A stretch of 58,262 nucleotides of DNA from a virus. Taxonomy: Duplodnaviria; Caudoviricetes. The translations under genes were made by a program, and so were the position numbers. Shown one piece after another: positions 36,331-46,612 of this stretch. Each line of letters opens with the position of its first letter. Within the stretch, counting starts at the first letter, position 1. The notes beneath the pieces are model-generated. The model worked only from the letters and a program-made list of their open reading frames with translations, made no database searches and was not told the origin of the DNA. Location of the stretch: positions 1-58,262 of the IMG/VR virus record IMGVR_UViG_3300044259_000151; one strand, 5' to 3'.

Positions 36331-38586
36331 TCAGGTTGTTGTAAAGGCACCGGTGGGCACGCGCGTGCCCTCGACGCCGGAGGCATTGACCGAGGCCACC
36401 CAGGCATACCAGGTGCCGGCCGAAAGCGTGATCGTCTTGGTGTAACTGCCGTTCGCCGCCCCTGAAATGCTGGGGCTGGCGTAGCTTGCCGTTGAGGCAT
36501 TGTTGACCGCGCTGTAATAGACACGCGCCCGCACATAGAGCGGGTCATTCGGCGCGGTCCAGGTGACGCCGGCCTGACCCGGTATGCCGACAATCACGCC
36601 ACCGACGATCGGGTCGGCGGGCGGGGTCGGGTTGACCGTGCTATAGGCCGTCTCGATGGCCGACCACTGGCCATATTTGCCCTTGGTGGTGATCCACGCC
36701 GCCTCGACCTCCAGCCGGGTATCGCCGGGCACCACATCCGTGCTGACACTGACAAAACCGCCGGAGGGCGATGCATCCGGGTAGGTCTTTTCCACCCAGT
36801 TGCCGGGCGATCCGCCACCGGCATCCTGCACGCGATAGCGCACGGCTGGCGTCAGGCTGGCATCGGCGGGGTCAACGATCGACACATTGAAATAGACCGA
36901 GCCGCCGGAGGCCACCGGCGTCACCCCGTCAATCACCGCCTGCGGCACATTGGCCGCATTGGCGCGCGGCGGCACGGGCGGCTTCTGCCCTTCGAGCGAA
37001 GTGGACCAGGCGTCGATATCCTCCGGGTGCTGGATGAATTCCATGGCAAAGCCGCCCTTCATCAGGTCCAGCGTCGAGCGGCGATTTTCGATCAGCTTGC
37101 CATTCAGCCGCGGCAACCGGTTCGGCGTCTCAAGCCGCACCCACCGCGTGTAGACCGCATTGATGCCGGAAAGCCGCACATTCATCTGACCCCGCACCTT
37201 TTGCTGGATGCGCAGCCATTCGCGATAGCCCAGCCTGCGCGCCTGCCGCCAATTGGTCACCCACTGATAATTGGCATCCTCGGACAACACGCGGCCGGCC
37301 TGCAGCTGGCGGCTGGTGTCCTCGAAAAAGTCGGTGTCGGCCGTGGAGTAATCCGTGTCCGGATAGTTGAATTTCGGGACGAGGCGGTTGATTTCCTCCT
37401 CGAACAGCACGTCATATTGCACGCGGTGGCCGACGATATCGTCATCCGTCAGCGTCACCACCCGGTTTTCCCGGAACTTGCCGACCGTGAAAAGCAGCGC
37501 ACCATCGCCGCGCTCGCAGATCCAGCCATCGCAGGCCGCCAGAATGGCATTGGTGCCGACTTTCGGTTCACGCTCGGTGGTATCCCAGCCGCTGCATTCA
37601 TATCGTTTGTCAAAACCGCCGGCCGCCGTGGCGATGAGCTCGTCACAGACATCCGCCTCCTCGATCCACATGTCGAGCACAGGCAGAATGGCCTTGCGAT
37701 AATCCCGCCGATGGCCGAACTCGTTAAAACACCAGTGCCACGCCATTTGCAGCGACGGGTTTTTTGAAAAGGCCCAGGTGGAAGGATCGTTCGGGTCTTG
37801 GTCCTCATCGCGAAAGTCCCAGACCAGCGCCAGGTCCGCCTCGACGGAGAGTTTCGGCACGCCATAGGGAAACCGCGTGTTGAAATCCTTGGATTTCGGG
37901 GTGCGGGCAATCATCGCCACCGAGGCCTGACCATCGCCCCGGTGATTGTTGGTCCACAGATCCTGATCGGACAAAGCCGTTACAAAATCCGCATAGGCGG
38001 TCTCCGGATTGGCGCCCAGCCGATGGAAAATTGAGACCTTGCCATCGCCATAGCGACCATCATCGAGGCCGATCACCGTGCCGGAGCTGTCAATCGTCAC
38101 CTCGTCATCCTGCAGGTAATAGCGATTGACCGAATGGATGCGATGACCGGCAATGGCCTGCACGGCATAGAGATTGGCGCCCACCGCCTCCCACAGCATA
38201 TAGGCCCCAGCAACCCGCGTGGTGCCGATGCCCCAGATGCGATAGGGCACCGATTGCGTGATCGGCGCCTTGCCGTCCTCGGGCTTGGGTGGCTTGGGCG
38301 CCATCAACAATTGCAGGCCAACCGTGATGGCCGTCGTCACGACAGCCGTTGCAATGCCAGCCGCAATGGATGCCGCCGTTGCCGAAAACCCGATGCTGCT
38401 GAAAAACGACGTGAAGATCGGCGTAAAAATCGGATCGTGCTGGATCCGGCTGTAATGCGCGGTTGTCCACGTCAGATAGGTGCGCGGCCACATCAGCCGC
38501 TCGATTTCCTCCGAACCCGCACGCTCGAAAGGGTCGCCCAACATCCCCGGCATGCGATGATTGTACGGCACGACAAGGCGCGTCAT
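36331..38586 (-). CDS. Central tail / host-specificity protein with C-terminal FN3-like domains
   Basis: Position after NlpC/P60; GTTRVAG, WDFRD..QDP, VTWTAP, SGVEG. Confidence 0.8.
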   Translation of the reverse strand: MTRLVVPYNHRMPGMLGDPFERAGSEEIERLMWPRTYLTWTTAHYSRIQHDPIFTPIFTSFFSSIGFSATAASIAAGIATAVVTTAITVGLQLLMAPKPPKPEDGKAPITQSVPYRIWGIGTTRVAGAYMLWEAVGANLYAVQAIAGHRIHSVNRYYLQDDEVTIDSSGTVIGLDDGRYGDGKVSIFHRLGANPETAYADFVTALSDQDLWTNNHRGDGQASVAMIARTPKSKDFNTRFPYGVPKLSVEADLALVWDFRDEDQDPNDPSTWAFSKNPSLQMAWHWCFNEFGHRRDYRKAILPVLDMWIEEADVCDELIATAAGGFDKRYECSGWDTTEREPKVGTNAILAACDGWICERGDGALLFTVGKFRENRVVTLTDDDIVGHRVQYDVLFEEEINRLVPKFNYPDTDYSTADTDFFEDTSRQLQAGRVLSEDANYQWVTNWRQARRLGYREWLRIQQKVRGQMNVRLSGINAVYTRWVRLETPNRLPRLNGKLIENRRSTLDLMKGGFAMEFIQHPEDIDAWSTSLEGQKPPVPPRANAANVPQAVIDGVTPVASGGSVYFNVSIVDPADASLTPAVRYRVQDAGGGSPGNWVEKTYPDASPSGGFVSVSTDVVPGDTRLEVEAAWITTKGKYGQWSAIETAYSTVNPTPPADPIVGGVIVGIPGQAGVTWTAPNDPLYVRARVYYSAVNNASTASYASPSISGAANGSYTKTITLSAGTWYAWVASVNASGVEGTRVPTGAFTTT

Positions 38587-39005
38587 GCCAGCCTCCAGCA
38601 CGCCAGCATTTGCACGCGTGATGCAGCAACGCCGGCCGGCCCGTGCGGCCCAAATGCAACCCACAGGGGCCCAAACCGCAAAGCGGAAATTTGCGCCATG
38701 CCTGGAGCGCCACCATCCAAAGCGGCAAGCGCCTCGATCACGGCCATGTCGCCATTGATGGCGTCTGAAACACGGGTCCATCCCGATTTTTGAAGCCTTG
38801 GCGCCACCGTGCCAATCAGGCCGCCATGTCCGGCAATCACAGCCACAGCGCCATCGCGATCATGATAGGTCCCGCGCAGATCCGCCGCCGGGTCCTCGCC
38901 CGTCAAAAGCTCCGCATAGCGCGCGCACCAGGTGGTGCAATCCTCGCCAGCCACACCGCCCCAGACAAAGGGCGTGCGAACGCGCAGAAAGTCACGGACA
39001 TTCAT
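38583..39005 (-). CDS. Tail-tip NlpC/P60-like protein
   Basis: FVWG....DC...A......TG.DPAA..RGTY. Confidence 0.75.
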   Translation of the reverse strand: MNVRDFLRVRTPFVWGGVAGEDCTTWCARYAELLTGEDPAADLRGTYHDRDGAVAVIAGHGGLIGTVAPRLQKSGWTRVSDAINGDMAVIEALAALDGGAPGMAQISALRFGPLWVAFGPHGPAGVAASRVQMLACWRLA

Positions 39006-39018
39006 TCGGTCGAGAACC

Positions 39019-39630
39019 TCAGAAATTTGGCCAAGCAGGGTTGACGGTGCGCGCCAGTCGCCCGGTGTTGTCGCAAAACCTGTCGGTGGAGGAGACGGCT
39101 TTTTGCTGCGCAGATGACCACAACGCACGCGAGGGCCGCGACCGCATGTTTTCGCCGGCCACCACCGAGAGCGCCAGCGTCAATGTCGGCATCTCGCTGC
39201 GGGAAACGGGCGACATGCTTTCGGTGACGCGCGCCGCAATGCCCTGCCAGAGCGGAATGATATTGGTTACGGGCTGGTAATAATCATCCAGCACCGTGAT
39301 GCCGATATGCACGCGTGCGCCGCGCACATCGGGGATGCTGTCCAGCATGGCGCCGCCCGTTTCAGGATCGACGCCAGACAAAGTGAAATCCACGGCATCC
39401 GACGCGCCGGCCAAGAGCATTTCCAGCGTCGGCAAGCCCGCCAGACGGCCCCCGCCATAATAGACCTGCCCGGTCTCATCAATGCTGTCAAAGCTTGCCG
39501 GTATGTCGTTGACACCAAACCAGATATGCAGGGCAGGGTCCGTTTCAACCCGCATGAAAAGCCCCAGAACACCGCTGCCCTGCAAGCGGGAAACCAGATC
39601 ATCGGGCACATAATTGACGCTATAGGCCAT
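39019..39630 (-). CDS. Tail-tip protein
   Basis: Synteny; YYGGG.L, FTLSGVD, SSAQQ....S.DRFC. Confidence 0.75.
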   Translation of the reverse strand: MAYSVNYVPDDLVSRLQGSGVLGLFMRVETDPALHIWFGVNDIPASFDSIDETGQVYYGGGRLAGLPTLEMLLAGASDAVDFTLSGVDPETGGAMLDSIPDVRGARVHIGITVLDDYYQPVTNIIPLWQGIAARVTESMSPVSRSEMPTLTLALSVVAGENMRSRPSRALWSSAQQKAVSSTDRFCDNTGRLARTVNPAWPNF

Positions 39631-39633
39631 GGC

Positions 39634-40395
39634 TCAAAACGCCTCATCGAACTGCAGCGTCGGCCGCATCAGCCAGAACCCCTCCACATCGTCGAGCACC
39701 GATGTGCCGGGCGTCAGCTTGGCGGCAAAGCGCGGCCGGGCAAATTCCACCCGCGTGCCGGCAGTCACCGCCGCCCGCAGCGCCGGGTTGATCGCCAGCG
39801 TGTATTCCTGGTAGGCAGACGGCGTGCCAGCAATCGTCTCCGTGCCATCGTCCCAGCGCGTGATCACCTCCCAATAGCGATAGGCGCGCCATCCCTTGGC
39901 GGCGCTGTGGTAGATCGAAAACCAGTCGCTATGCCGCAGCGGCCGGGACGGATTGTAGATGCGCAGGCGCAGCGTGCCGGCATTGAGCGCCGCATCCTCC
40001 ATCACCTGCCCCCAGACGGTCGCCTGGCTGTAGCCCGCGCCATCGGAAAACAGCGCGCCATCCGAATGCGGAATGTCGGAAACAAACAACGCCGGGTAGC
40101 GATCAAACACCGGGAAAGGACCCTGCCAGTCGGTCTTGAGCGGCACGTTGATGAAGCGGAAAGACCCGTTCAGTCGTGCTGCCAGCCAGCATGCATATTC
40201 ATGCTCCTCGCGCCCTTGCACCCAGCAGCTGCCATAGGTGCAGGTGACAAAACCACCGCCCGACATTTCGTAGGAAATTTCCTGCCCGTTGCCATTGCGG
40301 CCGCCCGAGACGGCATTGCCGGTCACATCGAAACGCATCCGCTGCGGCCTGATGAAATCCACCGCCAGCAAGGGCAGGTTCAGAAATCCGGCCAT
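39634..40395 (-). CDS. Distal tail protein
   Basis: Directly after the tape measure gene; INPALR.AV, F.EAF C-terminus. Confidence 0.7.
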   Translation of the reverse strand: MAGFLNLPLLAVDFIRPQRMRFDVTGNAVSGGRNGNGQEISYEMSGGGFVTCTYGSCWVQGREEHEYACWLAARLNGSFRFINVPLKTDWQGPFPVFDRYPALFVSDIPHSDGALFSDGAGYSQATVWGQVMEDAALNAGTLRLRIYNPSRPLRHSDWFSIYHSAAKGWRAYRYWEVITRWDDGTETIAGTPSAYQEYTLAINPALRAAVTAGTRVEFARPRFAAKLTPGTSVLDDVEGFWLMRPTLQFDEAF

Positions 40396-40398
40396 GCC

Positions 40399-43300
40399 TT
40401 ACCCTTTCCGGCGCATGTAATGCTGCTGCGTGGAGGCAAAGCCGCCGCGCTCGCTTTCGATCTGTTGGGCCTGCAGCGCGGCCGACACGCCCTGATCCAC
40501 CATCTTGCGGATCTGCTCATCACCATTGGCGCCCTGGATCACCACCTGCAGCACTCCATTGGCCGAGCGGCCATTCCCGCCGCGATTGTTGTTGGCGGCA
40601 CTCAGCAGGCTTTCGGTGCGATGGTTGGGCACCACCTGCGCACCGCGCGGCAGGTTGACGATCTCTCGGCCGCGCTCGCCGACCATGGCGAGACCGCCCG
40701 AGGCAAACTCCGTGCCGTCGGCATGGCCGTTGATCAGGAAACTACCCAGCGTGGTATTGGCGCGCCACAGCGAACTCGTCGGGCTGAAGCCGCCGAACAG
40801 CCGGCCGAGGCCGCCCAGCAGCGAACCAAACAACCCACCCCCGGCCGATGCGCCACCCGTCGAGGCAATCGTGGCGACCTGCTGGGAAAAACTGCCGCCC
40901 ATCGAGGTCAAGCCCTGTCCCAGTGCGCCAAGCCCCTTGCCGAAACCGCCGAGATTGCTGCTGGCGCCCGCCAGCGCCGCGTTGAACTTGTTGACATACT
41001 CCGTGCCCGTCGTGCCCAACTGATCCGACCAGCCGGCGCCGCGCCCCACAGAACCGGGCCCACCGAACCAGGCTTGCGCCGCACCGGACGGTCCGTATTT
41101 GCTGGCGTAGCTGCCGAACCGCCAGTTGAACACGGCGTCCTGCGCAGACGGGTCGGCCAGAAACTGCGACGGCGACAGCGAACGACCAAGCGCGCCTTGC
41201 GTCCAGGCCGGCACATTGGCGCCCATCACCTGATAGGCGCCGTAAGCGCGGTCTCCGGTGCGCGTCAGCGGGCCAAGCGCGCCGTAATTGCCGCCGCTCT
41301 CGATCGACTTGATCGCCGCCGCATAGGCCGAAATACCGAGCGCGCTGCCATTGTCATTGGCGGCGACGCCGCCCGTCACCGCCTTGGCCGCCGCGCCGCC
41401 AAAGCCCGTGACTGCGCCCGACAACACGCCGGCGCCGCCGGCGCTTTCGCCAAACAGGCTCTTGACCAGCAGTCCGGCCAACCTGTCCATGGCAAGATCG
41501 GCAGCCTTGGTCATTTGATTGAGCAGCGCATTAAGCAGGCTGTCGCCCAGCGCCTTGCCCACCTTGCCGCCATTGCTGACCAGCGCAGACCGGAAATCCG
41601 TGAAAAAGCCGGTAATCGCCGTCTTGGTTTCCTGCATGCGGATGCTCTGCCGCATGTAATCGGCCTCCGGCGATTGCAGATCTTCCGGCAGGCCGGCGGA
41701 CCGCAGCCGCTGGGTCACCGCCAGATCATTCGGCGCCAGAAACAGATCGGATCGCTGCACCTGCAGATCTCGCCGCAGCTGCTGGCGCGCCAGCTGCTCG
41801 TTGAGCGCCGACATTTCTGCCGTGGCGGCCTTGATGCGCTCGATTTCCGCCGGATCGACAATCGTGTTGTTGCGCGCCGCCTCCTGCTTGAGGTTGGCAA
41901 TCAGCTCATATTCCCTGCGCAGCGCCGAGGCTTCCAGCGCCGTCTTTCCGACCAGCGAGATTTCCATCTGCTGATCGGCAATCGAGCGGGCAAGGCCGCG
42001 CGCCCGCTCATCCTGCGCTTCGCGCAACTGGTGCTCCAGCTGCAGCCGGGCCATTTCGCCGGCCTGGTCGATCCGCTGGCGCCGCGCCTCCGGCGTTTCG
42101 GACTGGTCATAGCGCGCAGCCTCCGCGCGCCGGGCCGCCGCCTCGCGCTCGGCCGGGCTTTTGGCCCCGAGACCAGAGATTTGCGCGTCAAAAGCCTCGC
42201 GGCTGCGGCGCGCGATGATCGCCTGCTGCGATTCGTAAAGCGCCAGATTGCCGGCATCGTCACGATTTGCCGTGCCCTGCGACAACAACATGCCGTTCGG
42301 GCCGACGGTGTTGAAGATGGCAAGCTTGCGCGCGTCCAGTTCGCGTGTCTGCTGGTTCAGCTCGAACAGCGACTTGCCAATCACAATGATCTGGTCGGCC
42401 ACATTCAGCAGACCGCGCTGTTGACCAATCTCCGTCACATCCTTGAGAAAACGGGAAAAGGCATCCGGCGACCTGTCGGCCAGCCCCAGCTTCAGCCGCG
42501 CGATGGACGCCGAAAACGGCTCGAGCGATTGCGTGGTTTCCTTGCCGTCATCGCCCAGGACCTTGATGGAGCCGCCCGCCGTCAGGAAGCTTTCGCCCAA
42601 CAGCTTCACGGCATCGCGCGAACGGGACAGGTTGTCGGTGTATTCCGAGGATGCCAGCAACCCATTGAAGGTCGCATCGACCGACGCCTGAAACGCCGCC
42701 AGATCCGGGTTGCCGCGGCGGATCGCATCCAGGAAGGCATTGACCGGCTGCTGGAAATCCTTGAGACCGCCGGTCAGGCCGGTCAGGGTTTCCACCTTGA
42801 CATTGGTCGAGCCGAACGGCGAATAGCCCATAAGGCCGGCGCTGGATTGCAGCGTCGAGACATAGCGCTTTTCCTCCTGGCGGGACACCGCGCGCAGGAT
42901 CTGTTCGTTGGAGCGGATATTGGCGTCCAGAAAACCGGATCCCAGCAGAGAGCCCGATGCCTTGGCCTGTTCGCCCAGCTCGCCATAGCGCTTGCGCAAC
43001 AGATCGACATTGTCCGCATGCGCCTTGACCGCGTCATCCATCGTTTTGACCGGGTTCAGCGCCTGAGACCCGAACTGGATGGCGGCCGCCGTCGCAGCCG
43101 TCAAACCGACCGCGATCAGCGACACCGGCGACAACAGGCCACCGACAGCACCCGCCAGCGTCGCACCGACCTCTTTGAGACCCATGCCGGAAAACGAGCC
43201 GGCCAGCTGCGAACCCTGCTGCAGGCCGATCAGGCCGGGGCTCATTCCGCCGGCGGCGGTGGTGACGATATCCTGCAGCTGATAGGTGGCATTGATGGCG

Positions 43301-43992
43301 GCAAAGTTATTGCCCTGGCGGTTGTCGTTTGCCGTGTTCTTGTTCAAGCTTGCGACAAACTGATCATGACGGCCTTGCGCCAGGGCCTGAGCACGAGCGA
43401 ACTCTTGCGAATTGATCGCGCCCGCCTTCAGAAGGTTGCTGTATTCCGCCAGTTCGCTGTTCAGGCGAGCCTGAGATGAACCGACAGGATCAATAGAGGC
43501 GCGAAGGGATGCGGCCTGCTTGGCAAACATCGCGGTCTCTTCTGCGGCGCGGTCCATCTCGTTTGCCGCCGTGCCAAGAGCCAGCATCTTGCTGTTCACT
43601 TCGGTGATGACGGCCCCGAGCTGAGCAAACCCCTGCTTGGAGATCTCACTTCCGTTGGCGACCAGACCGAGGGCTTTCACCATGTTGGTGTAATAGACCG
43701 CCGCTTCGTCAGCCTTGACATTGCCTTTCTGCATTTCGCTGTTGAGCGTGGCCAATTCACGTTCGAGTGTAGCGGCAGCCTTGCCGCCATCACCCCACGA
43801 ACGCGCCAAGCGCGCCGACTTGGTTGCAGCATCAGAAATGCGGACGTTTGTTTCGGTAACGGTCGCGCTGACCTGCTGACCACTCTTTGCCATTTCGATG
43901 TTGGCTGCGCTGATGGCCTTTGCACCGCGCGCATAATCGTCCGAGGCGAGGATGGCCCGAATGGACAACGTTTTGACCTGCTGTTCAGCCAT
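40399..43992 (-). CDS. Tape measure protein with a lysozyme/SLT-like domain
   Basis: YQLQDI...QQGSQL TMP motif; IKSIESGGNY...AYGAYQ; GLAMVGERGRE. Confidence 0.93.
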   Translation of the reverse strand: MAEQQVKTLSIRAILASDDYARGAKAISAANIEMAKSGQQVSATVTETNVRISDAATKSARLARSWGDGGKAAATLERELATLNSEMQKGNVKADEAAVYYTNMVKALGLVANGSEISKQGFAQLGAVITEVNSKMLALGTAANEMDRAAEETAMFAKQAASLRASIDPVGSSQARLNSELAEYSNLLKAGAINSQEFARAQALAQGRHDQFVASLNKNTANDNRQGNNFAAINATYQLQDIVTTAAGGMSPGLIGLQQGSQLAGSFSGMGLKEVGATLAGAVGGLLSPVSLIAVGLTAATAAAIQFGSQALNPVKTMDDAVKAHADNVDLLRKRYGELGEQAKASGSLLGSGFLDANIRSNEQILRAVSRQEEKRYVSTLQSSAGLMGYSPFGSTNVKVETLTGLTGGLKDFQQPVNAFLDAIRRGNPDLAAFQASVDATFNGLLASSEYTDNLSRSRDAVKLLGESFLTAGGSIKVLGDDGKETTQSLEPFSASIARLKLGLADRSPDAFSRFLKDVTEIGQQRGLLNVADQIIVIGKSLFELNQQTRELDARKLAIFNTVGPNGMLLSQGTANRDDAGNLALYESQQAIIARRSREAFDAQISGLGAKSPAEREAAARRAEAARYDQSETPEARRQRIDQAGEMARLQLEHQLREAQDERARGLARSIADQQMEISLVGKTALEASALRREYELIANLKQEAARNNTIVDPAEIERIKAATAEMSALNEQLARQQLRRDLQVQRSDLFLAPNDLAVTQRLRSAGLPEDLQSPEADYMRQSIRMQETKTAITGFFTDFRSALVSNGGKVGKALGDSLLNALLNQMTKAADLAMDRLAGLLVKSLFGESAGGAGVLSGAVTGFGGAAAKAVTGGVAANDNGSALGISAYAAAIKSIESGGNYGALGPLTRTGDRAYGAYQVMGANVPAWTQGALGRSLSPSQFLADPSAQDAVFNWRFGSYASKYGPSGAAQAWFGGPGSVGRGAGWSDQLGTTGTEYVNKFNAALAGASSNLGGFGKGLGALGQGLTSMGGSFSQQVATIASTGGASAGGGLFGSLLGGLGRLFGGFSPTSSLWRANTTLGSFLINGHADGTEFASGGLAMVGERGREIVNLPRGAQVVPNHRTESLLSAANNNRGGNGRSANGVLQVVIQGANGDEQIRKMVDQGVSAALQAQQIESERGGFASTQQHYMRRKG

Positions 43993-44365
43993 CAGTGTTC
44001 TCTTTCGGGCCTGTCGAAGCCTGGCTTCGTCGCATGTTGATGAAAGCCGTATCGATCTCGGAAACGAACCTCACCAGACGGTCAAAATCCTCGCCATCGA
44101 TCCCGTATCGGGTCGCATAGCGGTCAATGGCCGTCCAGTAGATCGGGTATTCAGCGCCATCCGCCCCGGCGTAGGGGCGATCGTATCTCAGCGAGTGCCA
44201 GACATGCCAATAGAAGGCATGCCAAGGTTTTTCCGTGAAGTCCGGCGCCTGCTCAAAACCCGCCGCAATCCAGTCGTAGCCCTCAAGACTGCGGGCCACC
44301 TCCCCAACGTAGTTTTGCTGGTCAACCGTTATCTGGGGTCGGAATTTCCAGCTTGCGGCTTTCCC
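43985..44365 (-). CDS. Tail assembly chaperone GT extension (-1 frameshift frame)
   Basis: The -1 frame is open from G-GGA-AAG (44365-44359) to the stop at 43985. Confidence 0.85.
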   Translation of the reverse strand, partial: GKAASWKFRPQITVDQQNYVGEVARSLEGYDWIAAGFEQAPDFTEKPWHAFYWHVWHSLRYDRPYAGADGAEYPIYWTAIDRYATRYGIDGEDFDRLVRFVSEIDTAFINMRRSQASTGPKENTDG

Positions 44366-44808
44366 AGGTTATCGACCTCCGCCGTGACGAACTCGACCTT
44401 CTTTTTGCCGACCTTGGCTGCGCACGAAAGGATCATCTGACGAATGGTGCGAGCCGATGATTTTTGTAACGCAGCCCGGGCCACATCTGCGGAATAATCA
44501 ATGTCAAACCCCTTCCAGCTCAGAAGCAGCCTATCCGCGATCAGCTTGCCTTCCAGCCCATCGACGATTTCGTCAGGGACGATTTCATCCGGATAGGATT
44601 TTTTCTGAATTTCCAGTTCCTCGATCATTTTCTGATGAGCCACGCGATAGGCAGGGTCGTTGATGGACTTGACGTGGAATTCAAGGCCCGGCAGCTCCGT
44701 AACGGAATAAGGCAGGTCCGGATCAAGTCCATACCAGCGCTTAACCGGGACCCATTCACCTTCGGACTCCGCCTTGGTGTTGATCTCGAGACTTTCAAAC
44801 TTGATCAT
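44329..44808 (-). CDS. Tail assembly chaperone G
   Basis: Between tail tube and TMP; EGEWV, LLLSWKGF; slippery site near its 3' end. Confidence 0.85.
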   Translation of the reverse strand: MIKFESLEINTKAESEGEWVPVKRWYGLDPDLPYSVTELPGLEFHVKSINDPAYRVAHQKMIEELEIQKKSYPDEIVPDEIVDGLEGKLIADRLLLSWKGFDIDYSADVARAALQKSSARTIRQMILSCAAKVGKKKVEFVTAEVDNLGKPQAGNSDPR

Positions 44809-44924
44809 GCAAAACTCCTGTTCGGGTTAGGAGAAAAGGAAGGGGAGGACATCCCGACATGCCCGCCCCATCCTCTGCCGCCTGCGTTGGGTGCGAAAAG
44901 GACACCCGGCGACAGTTGGAGGCG

Positions 44925-45113
44925 CTATTTGTCGGGCGCCAAGTTCTTTGCGCGGATCAGGGCCGCGTATTCGGGAGAGACCGGAATGCTTTCCTTTCCG
45001 GCCTCGAAAAACACTTCCTCGCCCTCTGGGTAGCCATAGAAGCTTTCCGTTGGAACAAAGGTCGCGGTGGCAGGAACATCCTGTTCCGCGTCTGCGGCGG
45101 TGGTTCCAGCCAT
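44925..45113 (-). CDS. Small tail-region protein
   Basis: TGATG coupling to the tail tube gene; F.GYP.G. Confidence 0.6.
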   Translation of the reverse strand: MAGTTAADAEQDVPATATFVPTESFYGYPEGEEVFFEAGKESIPVSPEYAALIRAKNLAPDK

Positions 45114-46045
45114 CAGACACCCCGCTCGATCTGGATGATGCACGAGGAAGCAGAATCGTATTTTGCTTCGAACGGCATCTCGACCATGACGGCCTGCGTG
45201 GCGCCGCGGGTAATTGGGCCACCATTGACGCCCTTGAACTTCGGAATTGTCAGCGTGTAGGAGGCGCCGGATGCCGCGCCCAGATCGGCCGAGAACGCCA
45301 GATCATCATGACCCAGGATGGCCTCATACAGATCAAGGCTCTTGAAATAGGCGGTGATCGAACCGGACACTTTCATGATGCCAAGGCCGATGCTGTCAGG
45401 GGCATAAGCGCCGACGCTATAGTTCGCGTATGCGCCATTTGCGACATTGAGGTTCATCGATTGGATGACCGCGCCACCCGTAAAGCCGGTGAACGACAAG
45501 TTGCCGACGTTCAGCGCCGCGTTCAGGATCGGGTTGCTGTTTGCCGCAGTATAGGTCGCACCGGAAATGATACCGGTCCCGCTGGCGCCATCCTGAATGC
45601 CAAGCACGTTGAACGAAACACCGATTGATTTCTGGGCCGTCAGCTGGAGCGCCATCGACGTGACACGGCATCCGGTATAGCGCGTGAAGGAGTACGATCC
45701 GCCGCCGTGGTCGAAACGCTTTTCGAAGGCAAGCGTCGAAGGCGTGACGCCGTTCTTGAGGACGTTCGTGCTCCACGTGCTCCGGAACAAGGACGCGAGG
45801 AAATCGTCCCAGGTCGCGTAGGACAGGAAGCCGTTGACACCGCCACCCACGCTACGGCCGACATCCACAACGTCGGTGGTGCTGGCATGCGGAACGATTT
45901 CCTGCGGCATGTCGACCTGCTTGTCGACATTGATGGACTCGTTTTCGTAGCGGAGGATTTTCCACGTCGGAGTGGTCGGGATGGTGTTCGGGGTCCCCTC
46001 AACCAAATAGGCAAGTCGCGAAAGGACGCCATCTGATGTTGCCAT
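45113..46045 (-). CDS. Tail tube (major tail) protein
   Basis: LAYLVEGTP..P..P.WK.LR, LKNG, YTGC.V, VSGSITAYF; synteny. Confidence 0.88.
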   Translation of the reverse strand: MATSDGVLSRLAYLVEGTPNTIPTTPTWKILRYENESINVDKQVDMPQEIVPHASTTDVVDVGRSVGGGVNGFLSYATWDDFLASLFRSTWSTNVLKNGVTPSTLAFEKRFDHGGGSYSFTRYTGCRVTSMALQLTAQKSIGVSFNVLGIQDGASGTGIISGATYTAANSNPILNAALNVGNLSFTGFTGGAVIQSMNLNVANGAYANYSVGAYAPDSIGLGIMKVSGSITAYFKSLDLYEAILGHDDLAFSADLGAASGASYTLTIPKFKGVNGGPITRGATQAVMVEMPFEAKYDSASSCIIQIERGV

Positions 46046-46163
46046 TGTGCGGCTCCATGGTCTGGAAGCGAGCTTGCCGAAGGCTCAGACAGGCAGGAAT
46101 GGCCGCCCCTTGCCTCGGAGGAGACCAAGGGAAACGGTGTTGTAAATTTCTGAGAATGGCGCG

Positions 46164-46610
46164 TTACGTGTTGTAATCGCGCCTGTGCCACTGAATGGTG
46201 GCCGTGATGGAAAAGTAATTCGGGAAGTCCCGCCCTGGGTCGCCGGCGCCGATGCTCATCTCCGGCATGAAAAGCCGCTCACCCGTAACGTTGTCCACGA
46301 GGATGGGCTTCTCCCGGAAAAGATCGATCAGGGTCTTTGCCCATACTCGCCCTTCGCTGGAGCCCATAAGGGATTTGGTCATGACGTGCATCCACGTCGT
46401 GCCGTACTCAGTCCAGAGGTTCGAACCGGGCGACCCCATAGACTCCTGGCTATACCCCTCGCCATAAATCTCAACGTAGACGAAAGGCAGGTTTCCTTCG
46501 GTAAGGACCTGAGCCGGTTCGTTTTCGAAGACGACAGGCAGATTTCCCGGAATTGCAGCCCATGCATCAAGAACGCCCTTGAAGGCGCTGAAAGTCTCTG
46601 GACTGGCCAT
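46164..46610 (-). CDS. Tail terminator-like protein
   Basis: Synteny; FENE, W.E.G. Confidence 0.7.
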   Translation of the reverse strand: MASPETFSAFKGVLDAWAAIPGNLPVVFENEPAQVLTEGNLPFVYVEIYGEGYSQESMGSPGSNLWTEYGTTWMHVMTKSLMGSSEGRVWAKTLIDLFREKPILVDNVTGERLFMPEMSIGAGDPGRDFPNYFSITATIQWHRRDYNT

Positions 46611-46612
46611 GA

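Noticed and set aside
30301-38586. Diversity-generating retroelement or invertible tail-fibre cassette
   Set aside because: No reverse transcriptase or invertase and no TR/VR-like duplicate seen; the only nearby duplication is the short one at 32253-32495
39307-43479. 1390-aa plus-strand ORF and other long antisense ORFs (e.g. 3002-5248, 8859-10586, 49928-51589, 55150-57078)
   Set aside because: Shadows of real minus-strand genes in high-GC DNA; no motifs or RBS
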